62,667 nt of DNA from a virus (Duplodnaviria; Caudoviricetes): the IMG/VR virus record IMGVR_UViG_3300012942_000003, positions 1 through 62,667 of that record; one strand, written 5' to 3'. Both the position numbers and the translations under genes were made by a program. The notes under the pieces are model-generated. The model ran no database searches, was not told the DNA's origin, and saw only the letters and a program-made list of their open reading frames with translations. Position 1 is the first letter of the stretch. Every line of letters starts with the position of its first letter. Shown one piece after another: positions 28,487-37,676 of the stretch.

Positions 28487-28800
28487 TTGGACTCGGTCTC
28501 CTCGAGATCGTCGGCGTTCTTGATGCGCCACGAGCAGCTGTTGCAGACATAGAGCTTTCGTCCTGAGCTCTTGTCGGTCCCCTTGTAGGCGATGGGGTAG
28601 ATCTTGCAGGTCATGCACACCTTGGAGGGATCCTTCGGCGTTCGTGACTTGTAGTAGCCGTAGGGTTCTTCCTCCTTGGTCACTCGAGGCGACCTAGTCC
28701 GGGTGCTGGGCTCGACCCCCTCCTCCCTCGCTCTGGCTCGACGGCACTGCGCACGAGCCTTCGGTGTGGAGTCGTGCTCGCACTGGGAGTGGTCGATCAT
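28483..28800 (-). CDS. Small zinc-binding protein
   Basis: DHSQCEH.STPKARAQCR and two CxxC pairs. Confidence 0.7.
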   Translation of the reverse strand: MIDHSQCEHDSTPKARAQCRRARAREEGVEPSTRTRSPRVTKEEEPYGYYKSRTPKDPSKVCMTCKIYPIAYKGTDKSSGRKLYVCNSCSWRIKNADDLEETESK

Positions 28801-29009
28801 TCCCCGGCCTCGTCGAGAACCAGCTTCTGGCCGTAGCCCGTGCCGAGAATCCCACACCCGAAGGTCTGCCAGTGCTCCTCGCACATGAAGGCCCAGGGGC
28901 CGCCTCTCGTCTTGCCGTCGTAGACGGCGTCTCGGGCGTCAGGGTCCTCGGGCTTCATCTTGCAGAAGTCGCACTTGGGAATGCGGTGAACTCGGGCGGT
29001 AGTTCCCAT
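28797..29009 (-). CDS. Small zinc-binding protein
   Basis: CDFC...YDGKT.GGPWAFMC..H...G.GYGQ. Confidence 0.75.
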   Translation of the reverse strand: MGTTARVHRIPKCDFCKMKPEDPDARDAVYDGKTRGGPWAFMCEEHWQTFGCGILGTGYGQKLVLDEAGE

Positions 29010-29323
29010 CAGTTCTCGACCTTTCGGAGGCAGGCGGGCTTGACTCGGATGTTCTGGCTGTATCGAGCTGAGGGCTTGCGGTCGAGAAGAACTCGAACCC
29101 AGATACCCTCGAAGTCGATGACGATACCCCGATGACCGATGAGGTACTTGGGCTTGATGTTCGTGAGGACGACTCGGTCACCCGCCTCGAGGTTGGCGCT
29201 CATCTCGGCGTTGGTTCGCCGGCGTCGCTGCTTGATGTAGAGGTTCAGGTCCTGGATGAAGAGGTTGAACTCGTCGTCATCCAGCCTCTCGAGATGGGGG
29301 CGGAGCCGAGTGAGGAAGCTCAT
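29009..29323 (-). CDS. Hypothetical protein (SH3/KOW-like C-terminus)
   Basis: GDRVVL.NIKPKYL.G..G.V pattern. Confidence 0.7.
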   Translation of the reverse strand: MSFLTRLRPHLERLDDDEFNLFIQDLNLYIKQRRRRTNAEMSANLEAGDRVVLTNIKPKYLIGHRGIVIDFEGIWVRVLLDRKPSARYSQNIRVKPACLRKVEN

Positions 29324-29628
29324 GAGTCATCCCTCTCATCGTAGGGGTCCTCGCCGGCAAGCTCGAGGACGGTTCGCCTGGCGTACTTCTGGAGCAGTCG
29401 CTGGCCAGCCATGTTCGGCATCTCGTTCAGCAGGTCGCAGGCCGCGTTCAGATCGGGACCGAAGTCATCCCCCTCCGCAACGTGACTGCCGATCAGGTTC
29501 CTCATCCGATCTACGAGCAGCTCGGTGGCCCGCTCGTAGCTCTGGTTGTGGATGAGGTCCTGGATGCGAGCGTGCTGTGCCTGGTTCTGGGCCAGGTTGG
29601 TGAGGAGTTCTTTGGAACTCGTCATCAT
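29320..29628 (-). CDS. Hypothetical protein
   Basis: RBS and ATGA coupling. Confidence 0.65.
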   Translation of the reverse strand: MMTSSKELLTNLAQNQAQHARIQDLIHNQSYERATELLVDRMRNLIGSHVAEGDDFGPDLNAACDLLNEMPNMAGQRLLQKYARRTVLELAGEDPYDERDDS

Positions 29629-29673
29629 GGTGTCATCCCCTTCCTTGATCGCATCGCGCATGGCATCATCATA

Positions 29674-29871
29674 TCATGCCTCGTCATTCTCCGAAGGACT
29701 CCGCGACGCCGGTGTTTGCGCCTCGGCCTTGAGCTCTCGGAGGTGACCTCGCATGAACTCGACCCTCTCGCCACGGCTGTTGAACTGCATGGCAGGGTAG
29801 TGATGACACCGAGCCCCGTACTTGATCTTGGAGCCCTCGATCACCGCGTAAGTGTTGAAGTGGCTGGCCAT
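29674..29871 (-). CDS. Small hypothetical protein
   Basis: Tightly packed within the leftward operon. Confidence 0.55.
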   Translation of the reverse strand: MASHFNTYAVIEGSKIKYGARCHHYPAMQFNSRGERVEFMRGHLRELKAEAQTPASRSPSENDEA

Positions 29872-29875
29872 GTTC

Positions 29876-30139
29876 TCACTTCCTGAAGTTGGGGATTACC
29901 TTGCGCAAAGCTATGTCGAGCTGTCGCTCGGAGTAAGAGGTGATGTAGAGCTTGAGTCGCCCGTCTCGAGCGTAGACGTGCCAGAAGATGTCCCAGCGAT
30001 AGATCTGGTAGAGGGAGCGAAAGTGAAGAGTTCGCTTGTGAGGTTTGTTCTCGCCTCGGAGGTAGAGCTCCCGACGTTCTTCGGTGTCAAGGGGAGACAG
30101 CACCTTGTCCAGGAAGTTGAAGTGGGAGGTCACCATCAT
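29876..30139 (-). CDS. Hypothetical protein
   Basis: ATGA overlap with the upstream gene. Confidence 0.6.
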   Translation of the reverse strand: MMVTSHFNFLDKVLSPLDTEERRELYLRGENKPHKRTLHFRSLYQIYRWDIFWHVYARDGRLKLYITSYSERQLDIALRKVIPNFRK

Positions 30140-30411
30140 GGCAAGCTCTGCCACTCCCCCGAGGAGAGCTGAGACTGTCGCTTCAGCGGAGGATTGATGG
30201 TCTCGTAAGCCTCGGAGAGCTGTTGAACCACCAGATGAGTCAGGTTGGGACTCAGAAGAAGACTGATCTCATCCCCCTCCTCCGAGACGAACTTCATCTC
30301 GATCTCCTCTCGCTCCACCAACGTCGAGTACTTGACCCGGTAAGCCCAGATGAACTTGACCCGGTAGGTGTCCTTGCGCTCTCGGAATGGCTTCTTCTTG
30401 AACAGGCCCAT
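30136..30411 (-). CDS. Hypothetical protein (MGLFKKKPF...)
   Basis: TGATG coupling. Confidence 0.65.
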   Translation of the reverse strand: MGLFKKKPFRERKDTYRVKFIWAYRVKYSTLVEREEIEMKFVSEEGDEISLLLSPNLTHLVVQQLSEAYETINPPLKRQSQLSSGEWQSLP

Positions 30412-30764
30412 CACATCTCCAGATCTTCCACGATCACCCTCAGCCGAGAGGGAATCTCGACAGGAGCCTTCTTGGGCTGAGGAGTGAACTTCTTCTTCGA
30501 GGCCGGGTGAGACTCGGCCTTCTTGCGCCAAGCCTTGAACTCGGCTTGAATGGTGGGGTAATCCTCGGCAGCGAACTCGTACCTCGAGCCCTGCCCAACT
30601 GGCTCGACCGACGAGTACTTGCTTCGGAAGAACTTCCTCAGCGTCTTGCCGTCGGTGCCGAGTCTCATGGCAATCTGCTTGGCCGTGTAAGTCTCACGGT
30701 CAGGCAGACTCGAGCGGGCTCGCTGGGCGGCAGCTCGCTCCTGTGCAGCCTTGCTCATCTCCAT
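30411..30764 (-). CDS. Small HTH DNA-binding protein (paralog 2 of 4)
   Basis: TAKQIAMRLGTDGKTLRKFFR...GQGSRYEF...FKAW. Confidence 0.8.
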   Translation of the reverse strand: MEMSKAAQERAAAQRARSSLPDRETYTAKQIAMRLGTDGKTLRKFFRSKYSSVEPVGQGSRYEFAAEDYPTIQAEFKAWRKKAESHPASKKKFTPQPKKAPVEIPSRLRVIVEDLEM

Positions 30765-30827
30765 GCTGCTTCTCCTCGGTCATCGGAGTCTCCCCCGATC
30801 ATTGCTGCGCGCATCATCGCATGGGGT

Positions 30828-30992
30828 TCAACCATCGGTCAACTCGCGATGCTCTCGGTCGACTTCTCGAGCTGCTCGCTTGGTGTGGAATCTGAACCCG
30901 ATCTCCGCCGCCATCAACACCGAGAACATGCCAAGATGCCCGCAAACGACCCAGCCCGTCATCATCAGAGCCAGCCCGTTCAGAACGAACAT
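30828..30992 (-). CDS. Small membrane protein (MFVLNGLALMM...)
   Basis: Hydrophobic 54-aa ORF directly after the upstream stop. Confidence 0.5.
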   Translation of the reverse strand: MFVLNGLALMMTGWVVCGHLGMFSVLMAAEIGFRFHTKRAAREVDREHRELTDG

Positions 30993-31379
30993 CTACCTCA
31001 TCCCCCTCCGATTCACCCAGTCGAGGGTGATCGAGAGGAAGTCCATCTCGGTGCCGTCCTCTTCGGAATCCACCAGTCCCTCTCCCACCAGGAAGACATC
31101 GCCCACCAGGGGCGGCAAAGAATGAAGCACCGGGGAGAGTCGAGGATTGGGAGGCAGCTTTCGAAGAAGTCCCTCCTCGTTGCATACCAGAACGACTCGG
31201 CAGCCGCACTCCATCCGAGGCCAATCTCTTCTCACAATCTCGATGGGGCCTCCCACCAGTCGCTGGAAGACCGAGAGTCGATTGCCGATCTGAGTGAACT
31301 GAGGGGGAGCATCTCCCCTCACCGGCACAGCGACGACGTCGATCAGGGCGGTCTTCTGATGCACGTGATCGGGGATCAT
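30993..31379 (-). CDS. DUF3846-like protein
   Basis: Q.LVGG.IE...CNEEG....LPPN motif. Confidence 0.75.
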   Translation of the reverse strand: MIPDHVHQKTALIDVVAVPVRGDAPPQFTQIGNRLSVFQRLVGGPIEIVRRDWPRMECGCRVVLVCNEEGLLRKLPPNPRLSPVLHSLPPLVGDVFLVGEGLVDSEEDGTEMDFLSITLDWVNRRGMR

Positions 31380-31570
31380 TCGTCGTCCATCTCGCAGTCG
31401 GTCTTGAGAGTGCGAGTGTTCATCGGCACTCCACACCGATCGCAGCCGTAGGCCGCTCCATCTTCGGAGATGTTCTGCTGGTCGGGATCGACGAAGACCA
31501 CCGGCTCGCCCTCGATGCCTGCAAGCACTCCCACCGGGGTGATGGTGTGCTTGACCCACATGTGCTCCAT
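31376..31570 (-). CDS. Small zinc-binding protein
   Basis: H...CDRC...C; coupled. Confidence 0.65.
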   Translation of the reverse strand: MEHMWVKHTITPVGVLAGIEGEPVVFVDPDQQNISEDGAAYGCDRCGVPMNTRTLKTDCEMDDE

Positions 31571-31573
31571 TGC

Positions 31574-32086
31574 TCAGTCCTTGCCCTTCGTAGCGATTCG
31601 TTCTGAGGCGCCGCAGATGCAGCACCTCAAGATGTCCGGGTCGATCTGGAAACCCGGGGGGAAGCCCTTGTGCTTGCGGTAGTACCTGAACACCGTGGGG
31701 CGTCGGCAGAACCGGCACCATCGGTGATCCTCATCGTCGGGAGAGATGGGAGCCTTCCACCTCACCTCTCGAGTGACCTGGATCTTCCTGCCCTTGCCGT
31801 CGATCTTGTACTTGCCCTTGATGCGGACGATCTTGGTGGGCGGATCGAAGCTGAGAGCCGGATGCCGGATGCAGCCATCCATGGCACCCGCGTTGATCGC
31901 CCTGACGAAGATCTTCCAGGCCTGCTTGTACGTCAGCTTGGTGTACCTCGACCAGGGCTTGCCGGCCTCCTCCTGGATGTAGACTTGCCAGAGAGGCCGA
32001 TCCCAATAGGGCTTAGGCTCCGGAGGGGGCGTCTTCAGATATTCCCTGTACTGAGGATCCCGGAGTAACTCCCTCATCGTAATCAC
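31574..32086 (-). CDS. Hypothetical basic protein with C-terminal zinc ribbon
   Basis: WCRFCRRPT...CCICG. Confidence 0.78.
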   Translation of the reverse strand: MITMRELLRDPQYREYLKTPPPEPKPYWDRPLWQVYIQEEAGKPWSRYTKLTYKQAWKIFVRAINAGAMDGCIRHPALSFDPPTKIVRIKGKYKIDGKGRKIQVTREVRWKAPISPDDEDHRWCRFCRRPTVFRYYRKHKGFPPGFQIDPDILRCCICGASERIATKGKD

Positions 32087-32129
32087 CCCAGCATCACCTC
32101 CCCTTAATCATTGAGCGCATCATGCGAGC

Positions 32130-32158
32130 ATCATATGAGGGGGAAGAACCTCAGTCAA
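32130..32158 (-). promoter_or_regulatory. Leftward promoter heading the minus-strand block
   Basis: TTGACT-N17-TATGAT. Confidence 0.68.
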
Positions 32159-32331
32159 CTCTTCGACTTGGGGGCTCAACGTTGCGCGGGATCATCGCGT
32201 TTGATAAACTGAGTCGTCGACGCCATGACGCGATACAACGCAGAGAAATCATGGCGTAACAACCAGAACTGAAGCAAGTATCGCGTGAACGACTCGTTTT
32301 CGACGATTACGCGAAGAACCGAGGAGATGTG

Positions 32332-32478
32332 ATGGAGAACCACAACTGGCCCGCTCCCGAGGAGCACGTCTGGAGCCCCTGGATGACCAAGACGGGCTTG
32401 CCCAAGGCGACTCAGTGGCGGGGTTGCGTTCACCCCGAGTGTCACGAGACCGAAGAGAGGCCGGCACCTCTGGCATGA
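32332..32478 (+). CDS. Small hypothetical protein (48 aa)
   Basis: GAGGAG RBS; H.WSPW...CVHPEC. Confidence 0.55.
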   Translation: MENHNWPAPEEHVWSPWMTKTGLPKATQWRGCVHPECHETEERPAPLA

Positions 32479-32708
32479 AGATTCAGGAAGCTCTAGCAGA
32501 TCTCCAGTTCGGTCTCGAGCTCGCTGATGGAGAGACCGTTCAGGATGCCATGATTCTGATGAGAGTCTACGACCTCTCCAAGGGTCGATCCACCTTCGCC
32601 ATCTCGGTGAACAATGGCATCGACCCCGTCGTGAACGAGGGCCTGTTGGCCTGCGCTAACAAGATCTCCGCCGAGAACGGCTGGCGAGACCTCGAGGATG
32701 ACGAGTGA
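32475..32708 (+). CDS. Hypothetical protein
   Basis: Coupled to both neighbours. Confidence 0.65.
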   Translation: MKIQEALADLQFGLELADGETVQDAMILMRVYDLSKGRSTFAISVNNGIDPVVNEGLLACANKISAENGWRDLEDDE

Positions 32709-34777
32709 CCTCGATCGAACGTGCGCTCAAGATCATCAGTCGGGCTTGGGGAGATCAGGAGGGGTTCGCGTTCTTCCCTTACATCGACCGAGCCGAGCAG
32801 ATCAGAACGGGCCGTCGTCAGGCTGGGTACAACGAGGGACCCATGAGGCCGAAGGGCGATGAGCGAGGACCGGCCTTCAGATGGCCCCAGGATCGAGCTG
32901 AGATCGTCAGGTACTTGAAGGAGCACCTCGACAGGGGCCACGACACCTACTGGGCTCCCAGCCTGTTCGAGTACCCCAACCGACGCTCGGATCTGGCCAT
33001 GGATGAGCATGCTCTCTGGGCCGATCTCGACGCAGTGGATCCTCGAGACATCCCCCCGGACCTTCAGCCAACCATCGCCTGGGAATCATCCCCCGACCGA
33101 TTCCAGGCCCTCTGGATCGCCAGTGACGGCGACTTCCAGGGTGCTTCGTGGCCGGGCAACGAGAACCAGCGACTGACCTATCTTCTCGAGGCCGACCCCT
33201 CCGGGTGGGATACGACCCAGCTTCTTCGCATTCCGGGCTGGCCCAACTTCAAGCCCGACCGAGTCGAGGAGAATGGGGGCAAGGCACCCAAGGGCAAACT
33301 TCTCTGGTCCACTGGCCCCGAGTACACCATCCGAGACTTCGCCGAGTTGCCCGAAGTTCGGGGGGCAGTCAGCTCCGAGCTCACCGAGGCTCTCGAGTCG
33401 GAGATCGACTCGGTGGATCGCTACGAGGTCATCGCTCGGCTGAAGATCAAGCTCAACCACACTGCCCGAGAGCTCATTAACGCTCGAGAGGTCAGCGGTG
33501 ATCGAAGCGGTCAGATGTGGTATCTCATGCGTTGCTTGGCCGACGCCGGTGCGACGGTCACCGAGATCGTGGCGGTCATCCGCCCATCGGTGTGGAACAA
33601 GTTCGAGGGCCGAGCAGACGAGATGAAGCGACTCATCGCGGAGGCATCCAAAGCCATCGCGAGTCGCTCCGAGGAAACGGTTGAGGCTCTTGAGGAGGAG
33701 CAGGAGCGTCCTCGACCCACTCGACTCGGTGATCTCCTGAGGAACATCAAGAGGCCGGTCTGGCTCATCGAGGGGGTGTTGACGGAGGGAGCGTGCGGGT
33801 TCATCGCTGGCGAGCCCAAGACCTGGAAGTCGTGGATCGGCTACGACATGGCCCTCTCCATCGCCACCGGAGCAGACTTTCTCGACAACTTCAGAGTGTT
33901 GCAACCGGGCCCCGTGCTGTACATCCAGGAAGAGGATCCCCCTCCGACTCTGAAGACCCGGGGAGCCAAGATCTGGGTGGGGAAGAGCATCGACAAGCTC
34001 CAGCTCGACGACGATGGTCATGGTCTCTACTGGCTGCCCCCCGCTCATGAGTCCGCCTTCGATCCCGACATCAATGCCTATGTCCAGAACGGTGTGACGA
34101 TCAGCGACGAGGCCTGGCAGCTTTGGCTGGATGAGACCATCGAGGAGGGCATGGATGGAGTTCCCTACAAGCTCATGGTCATCGACACTCTGATGATGAC
34201 CGCGGGGCTGGTGGATGAGAACCGAGCTCAGGAGATGACGACTCGCATCTTCAAGCCTCTCAAGGTACTGGCTCGCAAGCACAACATCGCCATCATGGTA
34301 GTTCATCACCTGGGCAAGTCTGACAAGCAACGCATGGGTCAGAGAATGCTGGGCTCGGTCGCCAACCATGCGTGGGCGGAGGACAGCATCTACCTCATGC
34401 GGTCAGGCAGAGACAAAGTGAGAATGGAGTTCGAGTCGAAGGTCGCGCCGGCCGCCACCTACAAGATCACCAACCTCGAGAACCTTCGATGGGAACCCAA
34501 GGTCGATCTCTGGTCCCCGAAGGACCAGGGAGACTCGGAGAATGTCATCGACTCCACACCGCCGAGGCGGCAGCGATCGACGGCCGAGAAGAAGACCAGG
34601 GCAGAACCTCCCAGCAAGGTGCTGGCGGCCATGGAGATCCTGGGGCCCGGGTCACACAATGTTCACGACATCGCGGCCCAGGCCGGCATGGCGTACAAGC
34701 AAGCTCATCGTCAGTTGAGCAGGGAGTTGGAGAAGGATCTCGTGGTGAAGGTAGGAACGAGGTGGTCACGGAGATGA
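32705..34777 (+). CDS. Primase-helicase (RepB-like primase plus AAA_25 helicase)
   Basis: LWADLD, WESSP.RFQALW, LLRIPG.PN.K; GEPKTWKS Walker A; IDTL and VHH motifs. Confidence 0.92.
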   Translation: MTSIERALKIISRAWGDQEGFAFFPYIDRAEQIRTGRRQAGYNEGPMRPKGDERGPAFRWPQDRAEIVRYLKEHLDRGHDTYWAPSLFEYPNRRSDLAMDEHALWADLDAVDPRDIPPDLQPTIAWESSPDRFQALWIASDGDFQGASWPGNENQRLTYLLEADPSGWDTTQLLRIPGWPNFKPDRVEENGGKAPKGKLLWSTGPEYTIRDFAELPEVRGAVSSELTEALESEIDSVDRYEVIARLKIKLNHTARELINAREVSGDRSGQMWYLMRCLADAGATVTEIVAVIRPSVWNKFEGRADEMKRLIAEASKAIASRSEETVEALEEEQERPRPTRLGDLLRNIKRPVWLIEGVLTEGACGFIAGEPKTWKSWIGYDMALSIATGADFLDNFRVLQPGPVLYIQEEDPPPTLKTRGAKIWVGKSIDKLQLDDDGHGLYWLPPAHESAFDPDINAYVQNGVTISDEAWQLWLDETIEEGMDGVPYKLMVIDTLMMTAGLVDENRAQEMTTRIFKPLKVLARKHNIAIMVVHHLGKSDKQRMGQRMLGSVANHAWAEDSIYLMRSGRDKVRMEFESKVAPAATYKITNLENLRWEPKVDLWSPKDQGDSENVIDSTPPRRQRSTAEKKTRAEPPSKVLAAMEILGPGSHNVHDIAAQAGMAYKQAHRQLSRELEKDLVVKVGTRWSRR

Positions 34778-35343
34778 CCAGGCAGAGACAGTCGTTCTCG
34801 AACGGCTCCAAGGACCCAAGCTTCGGCAAGGGTCTGGATTGGGATCGGGTTCGAGCCGACTATGAGGCTCGCTTGCAGGCCAACATCGACCGCAAGGGAA
34901 GGGCCACGGAGCCCGATGAGATCGCTTACTTGGAGATGAAGTCGGGCAAGAAACCCAAAGCTCCTGAGGCGATCCCAGACGCTCCCAAGAAGGCGTCTGG
35001 CCCCAAGCGAACGCGCAGCGACTCGATGGATCATCTGCGCCCCAAGATGGTCGAGCTCTACGTTGAGTTCAAGCTTCCCGTCAGAGAGATCTCTCACGCC
35101 ATGAACATCTCCCACGTGACGGTGATCCGACACCTGACCAAGGCGGGGGTCTACGACCCGGGTCGAGATATGCCCCAGAAGAAGATCAGATGCAACCGGG
35201 GCCATGACCTCAGCGATCCTGACAAGCGGATCGAGAGAGCCGACGGAGGTCTGACCTGCAAGGAGTGCCTGGCCATCAACGAGCAGATAGCCGCGGGCAT
35301 CAACAGAACACTCGAGAACTTCTATGGAAGGAGTGAGCAGTGA
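34774..35343 (+). CDS. HTH plus zinc-ribbon DNA-binding protein
   Basis: VREISHAMNISHVTVIRHL; CNRGH...CKEC. Confidence 0.72.
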   Translation: MTRQRQSFSNGSKDPSFGKGLDWDRVRADYEARLQANIDRKGRATEPDEIAYLEMKSGKKPKAPEAIPDAPKKASGPKRTRSDSMDHLRPKMVELYVEFKLPVREISHAMNISHVTVIRHLTKAGVYDPGRDMPQKKIRCNRGHDLSDPDKRIERADGGLTCKECLAINEQIAAGINRTLENFYGRSEQ

Positions 35344-36104
35344 GCAAGAACCTGACCGTGACCTTCACCGACGAGGAGCACGCCAAGCTGAAGAAGATCG
35401 CCGACGCTCTTCAGCTCACCATGGCCGACGTGCTGGTGCTGGCCGCCCAGCGACCGCTGAAGGTGGATCTACCGGAGGATCGACGGGCGTGGCTGATGGA
35501 GAGGAAGCGCCAGGTGTCCGCCGAGCGGAATCTCTCGGCTCCTCGCTCCAACGCTGGTCGTCAGGTGAGCCAGGTCTCCACCGAGCAACTGAGAGCAGAC
35601 GTGGCCTTCCTGCTCAAGCGACTGGGCCGACGATCGCCCACGAGCGAGATCAAGGACCTGCTGAAGCTGACCACCACTGACAGCCGGGTGCTGCCCATCC
35701 TCAACGGGAATCCCCAACTGTTCCGGGCCGTCCAGGCGCCCACCAACAACGAGCTTCGGGGCAAGTTGCAGCAGTATCTGGGCAACAGCGGTCGTCAGCC
35801 TCGGTGGTACAAGTACATTGGACCCGAGAGCGATGGGGATCTGATCGAGCTGGTCGGAGAGCCTCGAACCGAGGCCCAGCTGGAGGCCGCCGAGAGGCCC
35901 TCCACACCCGCCAGGCTGCCCCGCATCGGAGAGAAGCTGGAAGTTGACTATGTGGAGACCAAGGAGGAGAGGGCGGCCAGACTGGAGGCGTTGGTCGCCG
36001 GCAGGAGTCAGAACATGTTCGCCACTAAAACCGAGGTGGACGAGATCTTCAAGCACAAGGCGTCGGTCCTGGAGATCGACTTTGGATTGATGGAGGAAGA
36101 ATGA
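35340..36104 (+). CDS. Putative DNA-binding protein (N-terminal ribbon-helix-helix-like)
   Basis: KNLTVTFTDEEHAKLKKIA pattern. Confidence 0.62.
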   Translation: MSKNLTVTFTDEEHAKLKKIADALQLTMADVLVLAAQRPLKVDLPEDRRAWLMERKRQVSAERNLSAPRSNAGRQVSQVSTEQLRADVAFLLKRLGRRSPTSEIKDLLKLTTTDSRVLPILNGNPQLFRAVQAPTNNELRGKLQQYLGNSGRQPRWYKYIGPESDGDLIELVGEPRTEAQLEAAERPSTPARLPRIGEKLEVDYVETKEERAARLEALVAGRSQNMFATKTEVDEIFKHKASVLEIDFGLMEEE

Positions 36105-36931
36105 CCGAGAACATCTACGCCCGCGTGATCGCAGACTCGGTGACCGACGAGGGTCATCGACTGACGACGATGGAGATCCAGTGCCATCGCTTCGTCCTCG
36201 CCGAGTTCAACACTCACAGGGCCTTCAGCCGCAACTCGGCCAGCTCGAGGGCCATCCCCTTCGAGAAGCAGATGGAGCGCATGGAGCAGCTGGGAATCGC
36301 GTACCCGCTCTCCTGGCCTCGTGAGCAGAGGGGCATGCAGGGAGGCGAGGAGTTCGACCCCGAAGACATCGAGAAGTTCAAGGAGGTGTGGGGTCGAATG
36401 GCCCGGACCACCGCCGACATCGCTCGATCTCTGCACAGTGCCGGGCTTCACAAGTCCGTCGTGAACCGCCTGCTCGAGCCGTACATGTGGCACAAGATCA
36501 TCGTCAGCGCCACGGAGTGGACCAACTTCTTCGACCAGCGATGCAGCCCCCTGGCCCAGCCGGAGATCAGGGAGGTGGCCGAGGAGATGTGGACCGCCCT
36601 CGAGAACTCGACCCCGATCTCTCTGGCCCCCGGCGAGTGGCACCTGCCCTACATCGACGAGGATGACTGGGATGCTCTCGCGATGGCCACTTGGGACACC
36701 AAGTTCACAGACATGGCCAAGATCTCGGCAGCTCGCTGCGCCCGAGTCTCGTATCTCACCCACGACGGCATCAGAAGCGTCAAGGCCGACCTGGATCTCT
36801 ACGACAAGCTGATCTCGGCGACTCCGCCGCACTGGTCGCCCCTGGAGCACGTCGCCACGCCGGCACCCTCGGACCTCATCCCTCTGGGCAACTTCGACGG
36901 CTGGGTCCAGCTCAGGCACGCGGGACTCTGA
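36101..36931 (+). CDS. thyX: Flavin-dependent thymidylate synthase
   Basis: EFNTHRAFSRNSASSRAIP, NRLLEP, SAARCARVSY and H.SPLEH motifs. Confidence 0.9.
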   Translation: MTENIYARVIADSVTDEGHRLTTMEIQCHRFVLAEFNTHRAFSRNSASSRAIPFEKQMERMEQLGIAYPLSWPREQRGMQGGEEFDPEDIEKFKEVWGRMARTTADIARSLHSAGLHKSVVNRLLEPYMWHKIIVSATEWTNFFDQRCSPLAQPEIREVAEEMWTALENSTPISLAPGEWHLPYIDEDDWDALAMATWDTKFTDMAKISAARCARVSYLTHDGIRSVKADLDLYDKLISATPPHWSPLEHVATPAPSDLIPLGNFDGWVQLRHAGL

Positions 36932-36932
36932 C

Positions 36933-37121
36933 ATGACCGCCTGTCGAGTTCTGAATGGGGTCTGTCTCTCCCTGACTCACGATCACGACGCCAGGGGCGA
37001 GCTCAAGCGAGTCATCTGCCAGGGCTGTGTGGAGTGGAAGGCCCTCGACGAACTCCACACCGATGCTGAGGGGCAGCGCTGGGACGTGTGCCAGGACTGC
37101 GTCGCTCAGGGCCGAGTCTAG
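36933..37121 (+). CDS. Small Cys-rich protein
   Basis: CQGC and CQDC pairs. Confidence 0.55.
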   Translation: MTACRVLNGVCLSLTHDHDARGELKRVICQGCVEWKALDELHTDAEGQRWDVCQDCVAQGRV

Positions 37122-37272
37122 GAGAACGCCTCCCGAACTTTCCGAAGGGCGTCGGCGTGACCCTCCAGGTAGCCCTCTCTGCGAGCCTCCATCACGAGCT
37201 TGGCCAGCGCGTGCTTCTTCTCCTGGGGGGTCATGTCCGACCTCTGAATCGCCCCGATGGCTCCGAGAAGAC

Positions 37273-37473
37273 TCATGCCCACGGCCAGTTGCCGTAGTTC
37301 AGCCCGTCCGCGAGCATGTTCGTCAGGAACTTCAGCTGCTCTTTCTGCCCAACCCCCTTCTTCTGGAGCTGATGAAGCTCCGTCGTGATCTCCTGCTGAG
37401 CAGCTCCGGTCGGAGCCAGATCAAGCAGCACCGCGTGAACCGAGTTCACGTTCTCCATCATCGCCATGTCCAA
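37273..37473 (-). CDS. Small hypothetical protein
   Basis: GGAGG RBS; ends DGLNYGNWPWA. Confidence 0.65.
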   Translation of the reverse strand: MDMAMMENVNSVHAVLLDLAPTGAAQQEITTELHQLQKKGVGQKEQLKFLTNMLADGLNYGNWPWA

Positions 37474-37676
37474 CCTCCCTTGTCTCTGCCCCAGGGTGGG
37501 GCATCGGCATCATCATATCATCTGGGCATACTCCTGTATACGAGATGATGACTGGAACATGACTTTATCTACTTCCAATGGGCTGATCGCATAATCATAC
37601 CCTATGAGACCTTAACTAAAAGTAAGGGCCTCATATACGAGTAAAAACGCGAAGATCCACGGGAGGAAAAGAAGAA

